This document shows positions 27,832 to 36,059 of a DNA stretch of 64,000 nt, in pieces (position 1 is the stretch's first letter; every line of letters starts with the position of its first letter). Under the pieces are notes generated by a model, which was given only the letters and a program-made list of their open reading frames with translations, searched no databases and was not told the origin of the DNA. The position numbers and the translations under genes were made by a program. The stretch covers positions 6,296,974 to 6,360,973 of the forward strand of contig OZ245769.1 of assembly GCA_965227745.1 (NCBI GenBank), written 5' to 3'. The stretch is from Opitutaceae bacterium (lineage in GTDB: Bacteria > Verrucomicrobiota > Verrucomicrobiia > Opitutales > Opitutaceae).

Positions 27832-28992
27832 TTACGGGACCTTCTTCTCGTCGGGCTTCACGGGAGCGGCGACGGGCGCGGGCTCGAAGAGTTCGGAGGC
27901 GGTTTGCGGCAAGCCGTTGAACGTATAGTCCGCGACCTGAAAGGCGCGCTTTTGCATCAGCTTGTTGACCGGAGCGGCGGCGTCGCTGCTTGAGATATTC
28001 GCGAAGACGGGGCCGGCCGGGATGGTTTCAAACTCGGGCGTCACCGGCTTACTGGGATCGGCGGGTTTGCCGTCCGCGGGCTTGGCGGGCTCTTCCTTTT
28101 TCACCAGATCGGTGGCCGAGCCGAGGGAGGCGGGGCCGGCTTTGGCATCGGCGACGGGCTTCAGCTTCTTTTCCTCGGGCTTACGACCGAGGCCGACTTG
28201 ATAGGTCTTCTTGTCGAAGGTCTCGACCTTGAAAACGCGTTCGTTGGCGCGGGCGGCGGTGACGTTGGCGTCCGTCAGATCGTTGGTATCCGAAAAACGA
28301 ATACTCGAAATCGTGCCGAGCGTGGCGGCGACTTTATCGCCTTTCACGGCCTGGCCGGCGGGGGTCTTGTCGGAAGTCCACGGGTCGTCTTTTTTCGCGC
28401 GGGAGAACGTGATCGGGCCATCGGGGAAGGGCATCGTGACTTTGGCGATGTCGTCGGCCTTGAGGATCAGGAGCTCGGTGTTGGCCCAATTCTTCGGCTC
28501 CGCGTCGAGATAGGCGGTTAGCGTGGCGAGGAAGGCCTTTTGCTCGGTGCCGAAGCGCACGTAGCGCCCGCCGGTGTCGGAGGTCTTGCCGAGGAAGGCA
28601 GACCAAAGTTCCTTGTCGGAGGCGTCGAGGAGGTCGATCTTGGTGCCGTTGAACTCAAGACGGGAGATGCGATCGGCGCTGCTCGTGACGAGGCGCTCGA
28701 GTTTCGCGTCGGTGAGGCTGCCGGTGAAGCTGGAGAGCTTCGCAAAATCGGCCGGCATGTCGAAGTAGTCGGTTACGCGCCAAGTGCCGTCGGACTGGCG
28801 GACGAGATTCACCGTCTTGCCCTGATCGGTGAGGCGGACCTTGGCGGCTTTTTCGACAATCGCGCTGGCGACGAGGGGCTGGCCCACGCGGGCGTCGGCG
28901 ACCGGTGGCGGAGCCGGGCGCGTGGCGAAGAAGGCGACGCCGGAAAGTACGGCGAGGACGGCGATGGTGATGACAAGGGTGCGGAGTTTCAT
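27832..28992 (-). CDS. DUF4340 domain protein (accessory to GldG-type ABC system)
   Basis: N-terminal TM anchor plus repeated beta-rich modules. Position immediately downstream of a GldG-like gene is typical for DUF4340. Confidence 0.65.
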   Translation of the reverse strand: MKLRTLVITIAVLAVLSGVAFFATRPAPPPVADARVGQPLVASAIVEKAAKVRLTDQGKTVNLVRQSDGTWRVTDYFDMPADFAKLSSFTGSLTDAKLERLVTSSADRISRLEFNGTKIDLLDASDKELWSAFLGKTSDTGGRYVRFGTEQKAFLATLTAYLDAEPKNWANTELLILKADDIAKVTMPFPDGPITFSRAKKDDPWTSDKTPAGQAVKGDKVAATLGTISSIRFSDTNDLTDANVTAARANERVFKVETFDKKTYQVGLGRKPEEKKLKPVADAKAGPASLGSATDLVKKEEPAKPADGKPADPSKPVTPEFETIPAGPVFANISSSDAAAPVNKLMQKRAFQVADYTFNGLPQTASELFEPAPVAAPVKPDEKKVP

Positions 28993-29007
28993 CGCAGGGA
29001 CGGAGAG

Positions 29008-29072
29008 GGGAGCTTAGAGTCTGGAGCTAAGAGCTGAGAGTCGAAGTCAGCTCAACTGAGAGTGAAAGTGAG
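29008..29072. repeat. quasi-periodic GAGCT/GAGAG intergenic element with internal hairpin
   Basis: GGGAGCTTAGAGTCTGGAGCTAAGAGCTGAGAGTCGAAGTCAGCTCAACTGAGAGTGAAAGTGAGG; GAGCTGA/TCAGCTC stem. A related AGAGCTGAGAGCGG lies near 63270. Confidence 0.6.
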
Positions 29073-29076
29073 GAAT

Positions 29077-30984
29077 TTACTTCTTCCGCGACTGGTAGAA
29101 CCAGAGGCCGAAGCAGCCGACCAAGATGACCGGGATGGCGAGGTTCATGATGAGGAGCTTTTTCTCCAGCCAGTCGATGTCCTGGTTGAGCGCGCGGCGG
29201 ATTTGGCGGCGCTGGCCGTTCATCTCGGCCTGCTTCTTTTGGAAGTCGGAGATGGCCTTGGCGACCTCGGGCGAGGCGACGATGCGGTTGCCCTCGGTCT
29301 TCTTGCCCTGCATCTCGGACAGCTTTTTCTGGATGTCGGCGAGGCCGGCATCGAGCGAAGTGAGCTTCTCCTGATACTTCTTCTGCGCTTCGGCCTGCAT
29401 GAGGCGGACGACGGTAAACGGGCGGTCGGCGCTGCCCTTGCCGCGCACGCCGATCAGGTCCTGCGAGCCGCCGAGATACTCGATGGTGTTCGAGGCGAGG
29501 GAAATGTTGTCGTTGTAAGGCTGATACGCGGTCTGGCCGAAGAAATTCATCTTCTGCATGCTATAGGTGTCGAGCAGCCAGTCGGTGTCGGCGATGATGA
29601 AGAGCGTGGAAGTGGTCTTCGACTCCTTGATGGCGTCAACTGGCTTGGCGGGCTCGGGCTTTTTCTCGTCCTTCTTCGCGGGGTCGTCCTTTTTCTCTTC
29701 TTCCTTCGGCGCGCCGTCGGGGAAGGCGGACTTGAACTTGCCCGTGACGAGCGCGGCGATGGTCTTTTTGCCGGTGGGCGTGATCTGCTTCGAAATGTCG
29801 TCGGGCTGTGCAAACTGCAGCATCATGCTGGCGATATCGCCGGATTGCGCGGAGGTCTCGACCAGCGGGGTGAAGGTGAGATTGGAGCCGGACTTGAGAG
29901 AAACGCTGCCCGCCTCGAAGAACCACGCGGTATTGAGCTGCGCGGTGGGAAGGGCCTTGGCGTTGAAGTTTTCCTTGCGGAGGCCGAGCCAGGTCGGGTT
30001 GCGCTGATTGCCATTCGGCACGGGGTTTTCGAGGTCGCCGACGATCTTCTGCGCGTCGTACGCGATGCCGTAGGCATTGAGGAGCACGGGCAGATCGCTC
30101 GTCACATTCGGCGGCGGCATGCCCATCTGCTGCTGCTGGGGATTGCTCTGGCGCTTGAAGTGGTGCGACGACGGATCGACGGCGAGGAAGACGGGCTTCC
30201 CGCCGAGAAGAAACTGATCGATGGCAAACTGGAGCTTCGGCGTGACGCCCTGCGGATGGATCACGGCGAGCGCGGCGAGACCGGTGGGCAACTCCGTGGC
30301 GGAGGCCTCGATCTTCACAATGTTAAAGGACTGCTCCCACTCGCTGATGACGTACTGGGCGGGCTGCGGCTGCTGGCGCATCATCATCATCATTTGCATT
30401 TCCTGCGGACTGGTTCCCTGCAACGGCAGGCTCGTGATGAGGCCGAGCTTCGGCTTGTCGATTTGCTGGACGCTAAAGATGACCTTGGAGAGATCGAACT
30501 CGAGGAACGGCTCGCGCGAGAGGGCGTTGCGGCCATCGGCGGAAAGGAAGGTGGGGATGCTCTTCGTTTGGTCGGCCTGCGTGACGACGAGGCCGAAGAA
30601 GAAGTTATCGTTGGCGGTCAGAGGCGTGGGCGCGACGCCGAGGGTGGTGGCCTTTTCCTCGGCCGGGGTATCGGGCTGGACGTTGATGACGTTGAGCGTG
30701 AGCTTGCCGCGCGAGGCGCGGACGTACTGGCGCAGCATCTCCTGCACGCGCGTCGCGTAGTTTTTGATGTTGATCGGCAGGGCTGCGGCATCGCGCGAGT
30801 AGTAGAAGTCGAGCGTGATGGGCTCCTCGATCTTGCCCAGCATGGCCTTGGTGCCGGCGGAGAGGGAGTACAGGGAATCGGCCGTGGTATCGAGGCGGAG
30901 CGGGATCGACGACGCGAGGTAGTTGACCAACACGAGGCCGACAAAGAGCAGGACGATCGCGAGGGCTTTGCTTCTGAGTTTCAT
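29077..30984 (-). CDS. GldG-like ABC-transporter auxiliary protein
   Basis: N- and C-terminal TM anchors. RLDTTADSLYSLSAGTKAMLGKIEEPITLDFYYSRD is the typical GldG / ABC_transp_aux opening. Confidence 0.8.
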   Translation of the reverse strand: MKLRSKALAIVLLFVGLVLVNYLASSIPLRLDTTADSLYSLSAGTKAMLGKIEEPITLDFYYSRDAAALPINIKNYATRVQEMLRQYVRASRGKLTLNVINVQPDTPAEEKATTLGVAPTPLTANDNFFFGLVVTQADQTKSIPTFLSADGRNALSREPFLEFDLSKVIFSVQQIDKPKLGLITSLPLQGTSPQEMQMMMMMRQQPQPAQYVISEWEQSFNIVKIEASATELPTGLAALAVIHPQGVTPKLQFAIDQFLLGGKPVFLAVDPSSHHFKRQSNPQQQQMGMPPPNVTSDLPVLLNAYGIAYDAQKIVGDLENPVPNGNQRNPTWLGLRKENFNAKALPTAQLNTAWFFEAGSVSLKSGSNLTFTPLVETSAQSGDIASMMLQFAQPDDISKQITPTGKKTIAALVTGKFKSAFPDGAPKEEEKKDDPAKKDEKKPEPAKPVDAIKESKTTSTLFIIADTDWLLDTYSMQKMNFFGQTAYQPYNDNISLASNTIEYLGGSQDLIGVRGKGSADRPFTVVRLMQAEAQKKYQEKLTSLDAGLADIQKKLSEMQGKKTEGNRIVASPEVAKAISDFQKKQAEMNGQRRQIRRALNQDIDWLEKKLLIMNLAIPVILVGCFGLWFYQSRKK

Positions 30985-31035
30985 GATGAACGCGAAGACG
31001 AAATTTAAAATGGGCAGGGTGGGCGCAGGGGGCGA

Positions 31036-31761
31036 TCAGCGCTCCAGGGCGACGACGTTGAGGAACAGCGTGAAGGCCATCATCGAGAGGAAATACGCGA
31101 TGTCCTTGGGATCGATGATGCCTTTGCTGAACGACTCGAAGTGCGGCATGAAGCTGAAATTCGAGAGCGCATCCACGACGGGCACCGGCAGCGACATCGA
31201 GACCAGCAACTCCGTAAACACGCTCCAGCCGACGAGCATGATCACGAAGCACGCGACGACGCTCAGCACGAAGCTGATGACCTGATTTTTCGTCAGCGCC
31301 GAGGTAAGCGTGCAGACGCCGAGGTAAGCGCCGGCCATCAAAATGCCGCCGAGGTAGGTGCTAAAAATAATGCCCCAATCCGGCGAGCCGAGGTAGCCGA
31401 CGGTGAGCGCAAGTGGCAGGCTCAGCAGAATCGCGATGGTGAGAAAAGCCCACGCGGCGAGAAACTTTCCGAGCACGGCCTCGAGCGTCGTGATCGGCAG
31501 CGTGAAGAGCAGTTCGACCGTGCCCACGCGCTTTTCTTCCGACCAGAGGCGCATGCCGGCGGCAGGAATGAGGAAAAGGAACAGCCACGGGTAGAACATG
31601 AAGTAGCTCTGCATCGTGGCCTGATTGGCCTTGAAGAACTGGCCGACGAAGAAGGCCAGCACGATGCTCGAGAGCACAAAGACGCCGAGGAACACGTAGG
31701 CGACCGGCGAGCGGAAGTAGCCGAGGAACTCGCGTTTGAAGACGGGGGAAATCTGGGTCAT
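31036..31761 (-). CDS. ABC-2 type transporter permease (GldF-like)
   Basis: FKREFLGYFRSPVAYVFLGVF... and six TM helices. Confidence 0.8.
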   Translation of the reverse strand: MTQISPVFKREFLGYFRSPVAYVFLGVFVLSSIVLAFFVGQFFKANQATMQSYFMFYPWLFLFLIPAAGMRLWSEEKRVGTVELLFTLPITTLEAVLGKFLAAWAFLTIAILLSLPLALTVGYLGSPDWGIIFSTYLGGILMAGAYLGVCTLTSALTKNQVISFVLSVVACFVIMLVGWSVFTELLVSMSLPVPVVDALSNFSFMPHFESFSKGIIDPKDIAYFLSMMAFTLFLNVVALER

Positions 31762-31766
31762 GGGGA

Positions 31767-31800
31767 GCGAAATTACGAATTACGAATTTCGAATTACAAA
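31767..31800. repeat. ACGAAT-type quasi-periodic intergenic repeat
   Basis: GCGAAATTACGAATTACGAATTTCGAATTACAAA; same motif family as 61696..61750, 61878..61910, 62238..62285 and 63214..63239. Confidence 0.75.
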
Positions 31801-31835
31801 GGCCGGAAAGAGGGGAGCGGGTGGAAAGTCGCTGA

Positions 31836-32558
31836 TTAGACATCCGAGGACGTCAGCGTGCGGAAGATCTCGTCGAGGCGGGCACCGGGTTTACGGGCGC
31901 GGAGGAGGGCGGGGGTTTCGTCGGCGACGACGCGGCCCTGCGAGATGATGATCACGCGATTACAGATCGCATCGACCTCCTCGAGGATGTGCGTCGACAT
32001 GATTACGGCCTTTTCGACGGCCATGTTCTTGATGAGGGAGCGCACCTCGTTTTTCTGGTTTGGATCAAGACCATCGGTGGGCTCGTCGAGGATCAGCGCG
32101 GGCGGATCGTGGAGGAGCGTCTGGGCAAAGCCCACGCGCTGCTTGAAGCCCTTGGAAAGGGTCTCGATGGTCTGCTTGCGGACGGGGGCGAGGTGAGTGA
32201 GGCCGATGGCGCGGTCGACTTGGGCGCGCTTGGCGTCGCGGGAGCGGAAGCCACGGACCTCGGCGATGAAACCGAGAAATTCCTCGACGGTCATCTCGGG
32301 GTAGGCCGGGGCGCTCTCGGGAAGATAGCCGAGCTTGCGCTTCACGGCCACGGGATCGACGGTGACATCGACGCCATCGACCGTCGCGCTGCCGGCGTCG
32401 GGCCGGAGGAAGCCGGTGATCATCTTCATCGTGGTGGACTTGCCGGCGCCGTTGGGGCCGAGGAAGCCGAGGATATCGCCGCGATTGACGCGAAACGAGA
32501 CGCCATCGACTGCGCGCTTGGGGCCGTAGGTTTTAACCAGACCTTTGACTTCGATCAT
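31836..32558 (-). CDS. ABC transporter ATP-binding protein (GldA-like)
   Basis: Walker A GPNGAGKST, signature LSKGFKQRV, Walker B ALILDEPTDGLD. Confidence 0.9.
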   Translation of the reverse strand: MIEVKGLVKTYGPKRAVDGVSFRVNRGDILGFLGPNGAGKSTTMKMITGFLRPDAGSATVDGVDVTVDPVAVKRKLGYLPESAPAYPEMTVEEFLGFIAEVRGFRSRDAKRAQVDRAIGLTHLAPVRKQTIETLSKGFKQRVGFAQTLLHDPPALILDEPTDGLDPNQKNEVRSLIKNMAVEKAVIMSTHILEEVDAICNRVIIISQGRVVADETPALLRARKPGARLDEIFRTLTSSDV

Positions 32559-32756
32559 GAGGGGAGGGTGGAGCGGGAGGGCGCTGAGAAAGAAAACCGG
32601 AGTGATTGTTCCAACATTCGGTGTTGGGCAGGGATTTCGGAAAAAATAAAAGACGCCGGGGCCTTCAAGCGATTTTTTAAAGGCTCCGGAGGCCTGAAAG
32701 ACGCCCCGGGGAGGCGGAGGTTGCGAGTGGGTTATACTAGATCAAGACAGGAGGGA

Positions 32757-32849
32757 CCACAGATGGACACAGATGAACACTGATACGAACTGCAAGGAGG
32801 GGGTGGGATAATGGGGAATTAATCCGCCATCGGTGCCCATCCGCAGTTT
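32757..32849. repeat. inverted pair of CCACNGATGGNCACNGATG-family repeats
   Basis: CCACAGATGGACACAGATGAACACTGATA (32757-32785) and, in inverse orientation, AATCCGCCATCGGTGCCCATCCGCAGTTT (32821-32849). Confidence 0.7.
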
Positions 32850-32861
32850 ACTTCACTGACA

Positions 32862-34241
32862 TCAGGCGGATTTGGGCCGCTTCACATCAGGCAGGAAGGC
32901 CGTGAGCAGGCCGAGCAGGGGAAGATAAGCGCAGACGTGGAAGACGAAGTTGATGCTCGTATGGTCGGCGAGGCGGCCGAGGACCGCGGAGCCGATACCG
33001 CCCATGCCAAAGGCGAAGCCGAAGAAGAGACCCGAGATGAGGCCGACGCGATTGGGCACCAGCTCTTGCGCGTAGACGAGAATGGCGGAAAACGCCGAGG
33101 CCAAGATCACGCCGATGATCACCGTCAGGACGGCGCACCAGAAAAGATTGGCGTAGGGCAAGAGGAGCGAGAATGGCGCGACACCGAGGATCGAGACCCA
33201 GATCACGGCCTTGCGCCCGATTTTGTCCCCGACGGGACCGCCGATGAAGGTGCCCGCGGCGACGGCGGCGAGGAAGAGGAAGAGCAGGTATTGGGCGTTC
33301 TGCACCGAGACGTGAAACGTATCGATGAGGTAGAACGTGTAGTAGCTCGTGAGGCTCGCGAGGTAGAAGTATTTCGAGAAAATCAGCAGGCCGAGGATCG
33401 CGATCGCGGCGATGATGCGACCGCGCGAGAGTTTTAACGCGGTGTCGTGATGCGAGGATTTCGGGGCGCGCTTCAGGGCGGCGAGGCGGTCGCGATACCA
33501 CGCGCCGACGCGCGTGAGCAGGAGAAAACCGAAGAGCGGAAGCACGGCAAACCACGCGACGCGCGACTGCGAGCGGTGCGCGATGACAAGGCCGGCGAGC
33601 AGCGGGCCGAGGGCGCTGCCGGCATTGCCGCCGAGTTGGAAGAGTGACTGCGCGAAACCGTGGCGTCCCCCAGAGGCGAGACGGGCGACACGCGAGGCCT
33701 CGGGATGGAAAATCGAAGAGCCGAGGCCGATGAGCGCGGCGGCCACGAGGACGAGGCCGAAGCTATTGGCAAAGGCGAGGAGGAGGACGCCCGAGAGCGA
33801 GAGCACCATGCCGGTCGCGAGCGAGTAGGGCTGCGGATAACGGTCGGTGAAAATGCCGACGCAGGGCTGCAAGATTCCCGCGGTGAGCTGGAACGCGAGG
33901 TTGATATTTCCGACGGCGGTGAAGTCGGTTTGGAAGCGTTCCTTGAGTACCGGGAAGAGCGCCGGGAGCAATGACTGGATGGTATCATTGAGCAGGTGGG
34001 CGCTGCTGATCGCGAAGATGATCGGCAGGACAACGGAGGAGGCGGCGGGGGTGGGCGCGAGGTCGGAGGCGGAGAGGGAGGCGGTGGCGGGTTTTGCTTT
34101 CAACGGAAGGAAGACGGTACCGAGTTCGCGTGGCTTGTGGATACTAAGTTTGGGCGGAGCGGTACAGCGGATGGGAAATAAGCGGAGGTATGCGTGGGTA
34201 GGTACGGGGTGAATGGGTGACGTGAGTGAGAACTGGATCAA
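32862..34241 (-). CDS. MFS transporter (Fsr / fosmidomycin-resistance-like)
   Basis: 12-TM profile; HLLNDTIQSLLPALFPVLKERF motif. The first ~50 codons look non-genic, so the true start may be an internal TTG near 34103. Confidence 0.7.
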   Translation of the reverse strand: MIQFSLTSPIHPVPTHAYLRLFPIRCTAPPKLSIHKPRELGTVFLPLKAKPATASLSASDLAPTPAASSVVLPIIFAISSAHLLNDTIQSLLPALFPVLKERFQTDFTAVGNINLAFQLTAGILQPCVGIFTDRYPQPYSLATGMVLSLSGVLLLAFANSFGLVLVAAALIGLGSSIFHPEASRVARLASGGRHGFAQSLFQLGGNAGSALGPLLAGLVIAHRSQSRVAWFAVLPLFGFLLLTRVGAWYRDRLAALKRAPKSSHHDTALKLSRGRIIAAIAILGLLIFSKYFYLASLTSYYTFYLIDTFHVSVQNAQYLLFLFLAAVAAGTFIGGPVGDKIGRKAVIWVSILGVAPFSLLLPYANLFWCAVLTVIIGVILASAFSAILVYAQELVPNRVGLISGLFFGFAFGMGGIGSAVLGRLADHTSINFVFHVCAYLPLLGLLTAFLPDVKRPKSA

Positions 34242-34257
34242 AAGGGGCCGGATCTTG

Positions 34258-34558
34258 TCACAGAGAACACGGAGGAGGCACAGAGGTCACAGAGTAAGGC
34301 AGGGAGCTGTGGGCCGAATAATGAGAGGGCTTTTTGTGACATGAATGGGCGCGAAGCGCGCCGGGATGAGGCAGATGGATTGCTTCGTCGCTGCGCTCCT
34401 CGCAATGACAGCACTTAGTTTTGACCGTTGAGGAACTCGTCTGATTGCCGTGGTTCGCAACTTGGATGTCATCCCGACCACTCGCTCTCGCTCGCGGCTA
34501 CCAGAAACTCTGGCGGGCTTGCTCTGCGACCTCGGTGCCTCCTCCGTGCTCTATGTGC
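34258..34558. repeat. MITE-like 300-bp segment bounded by 37-nt imperfect inverted repeats
   Basis: TCACAGAGAACACGGAGGAGGCACAGAGGTCACAGAG (34258-34294) versus the reverse complement of CTCTGCGACCTCGGTGCCTCCTCCGTGCTCTATGTG (34522-34557), about 4 mismatches. It encloses one copy of the GATTGCTTCGTCGCTGCGCTCCTCGCAATGAC repeat. Confidence 0.65.
34348..34411. repeat. dispersed repeat GGGCGCGAAGCGCGC...GATGGATTGCTTCGTCGCTGCGCTCCTCGCAATGACAG, copy 1
   Basis: Near-identical to 39981..40044; diverged third copy at 40103..40148. Confidence 0.85.
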
Positions 34559-34621
34559 CGCAAGATCGGTCACAGGATTCCAGCGGGGCCGCTGAGCGGG
34601 CGGTTGAAAAACGCCCCACCC

Positions 34622-35737
34622 TTATGCGGTCGCGAGCTCGCGCTCTTTTTCGGTCTTGAGGCGGAGCTGGCCGCAGGCGGCGTCGATGTCGTGGCCTTTT
34701 TCGCGGCGCAGCGTGACGGGGATGCGCGCGGCACGGAGGATATCGGCGAACTTTTCCTGGCGCGTGTTGCTCGGGCGCTTCCACGGCAGGCCCTCGACGG
34801 TGTTGTACGGGATCAGGTTGACGTGGGCGTGAAGGTCGCGGGCGATGTCGCGCAGGGCCTCGGCTTGCTCGAAGGAATCGTTGACGCCCTCGATCAAGAT
34901 GAACTCGAGGGTGACCATGCGGCCGTGTTTTTCGGTGAACTGCGAGATGGCGGGGATCAACTTGGCGAGCGGGTAGGCCTTGTTGACCGGCATGATCTTT
35001 TCGCGGACCTCGTCGGTCGCGCCGTGGAGTGAGATGGCGAGGCGGAAGCCGAGGGGTTCGTCGGCGAGCTTGAGGATCTTCGGGACGAGGCCGCTGGTGG
35101 AGAGCGTGATGCGCCGCGCGCCGAACCCGAGGCCCCACTCGGCGTTGACGATGGTGAGGGCGAGGAGGGTGTTGTCGTAGTTGGCGAGCGGTTCGCCCAT
35201 GCCCATGACCACGATGTTGTCGAAAGAGGCGAGCTCCATGCGGGCGCGCGGCGTGCGGGCATCCTCGCGGTAGCACACTTGGAGGAGTTGCGCGACGATC
35301 TCGCCGGCGCTAAGGTCGCGCTTGAAGCCGGCGAGGCCGCTGGCGCAAAACGCGCAGGCCATGGCGCAGCCGACCTGGGTGGAAATGCAGATGGTCTTGC
35401 GCGAGTGCTCGGGGCCGACGCCCTCTTGCGGCACGCGGATGATGACGGTCTCGACGAGGGATTTGTCACCGAGCTCGAGGAGGAGTTTGTCGGTGACGTC
35501 TTCGGACTGCTTGTTGAAGACGAGCGTCGTCGGCATCAGTTCAAACGTATCCGCCAGCCAAGTACGCAGGGGCTTCGAAAGATTGGTCATCTCCTCCCAG
35601 GAGCGGACGCGCTTCTTGTAGAGCCACTCGAGGATCTGCTTCGCGCGAAATGCGGGCTCGCCCGCCTCGCGCAGGCGCGCGGTGAGGGAGTCGAGGGTCT
35701 CGCCGGTAAGCGGCGGCTTGGCGGGCGTGTATTTCAT
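34622..35737 (-). CDS. rlmN: 23S rRNA/tRNA (adenine-C2)-methyltransferase, radical SAM
   Basis: AFRAKQILEWLYKK, radical-SAM CAMACAFCASG, GMGEPLANYD, SLHG, and C-terminal IDAACGQL. Start MKYTP at 35737; the upstream part of ORF 34622..35836 lies in a repeat. Confidence 0.9.
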   Translation of the reverse strand: MKYTPAKPPLTGETLDSLTARLREAGEPAFRAKQILEWLYKKRVRSWEEMTNLSKPLRTWLADTFELMPTTLVFNKQSEDVTDKLLLELGDKSLVETVIIRVPQEGVGPEHSRKTICISTQVGCAMACAFCASGLAGFKRDLSAGEIVAQLLQVCYREDARTPRARMELASFDNIVVMGMGEPLANYDNTLLALTIVNAEWGLGFGARRITLSTSGLVPKILKLADEPLGFRLAISLHGATDEVREKIMPVNKAYPLAKLIPAISQFTEKHGRMVTLEFILIEGVNDSFEQAEALRDIARDLHAHVNLIPYNTVEGLPWKRPSNTRQEKFADILRAARIPVTLRREKGHDIDAACGQLRLKTEKERELATA

Positions 35738-35812
35738 GCGAACGGAGGACGGTACGACGTGGGCGCGGGGGTGCAAGCGGGACGTGACTTGGGCGTGGAC
35801 GTGGTTTTTTGA

Positions 35813-35988
35813 CCACAGATGGACACACATGAACACGGATACAGACCCAAGCAGAAGTAACCGCGAAGAACGCGAAGAGACGCGAAAATAAAAATCGACC
35901 TTCGCGTCTCTTCGCGTTCTTCGCGATTAAATTAGTACCACGCCGCGTCAGGTGTCTTGATCCGTGTTCATCTGTGTCCATCCATGGT
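35813..35988. repeat. nested palindrome in the rlmN / lactonase divergent intergenic region
   Basis: Outer arms CCACAGATGGACACACATGAACACGGAT (35813-35840) and GATCCGTGTTCATCTGTGTCCATCCATGG (35959-35987). Inner perfect arms CGCGAAGAACGCGAAGAGACGCGAA (35862-35886) and TTCGCGTCTCTTCGCGTTCTTCGCG (35901-35925). Confidence 0.8.
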
Positions 35989-36059
35989 TCAAGAGGATTG
36001 GGGGTTTGGGAGTTGGGGATTGAACGGCGGGCGGTGGCTGCTAGACCAAAGGCACCTCT

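Noticed and set aside
29062-31008. 648-aa plus-strand ORF opposite gldG-like
   Set aside because: It is an antisense shadow. The GldG-like frame has TM anchors and family motifs.
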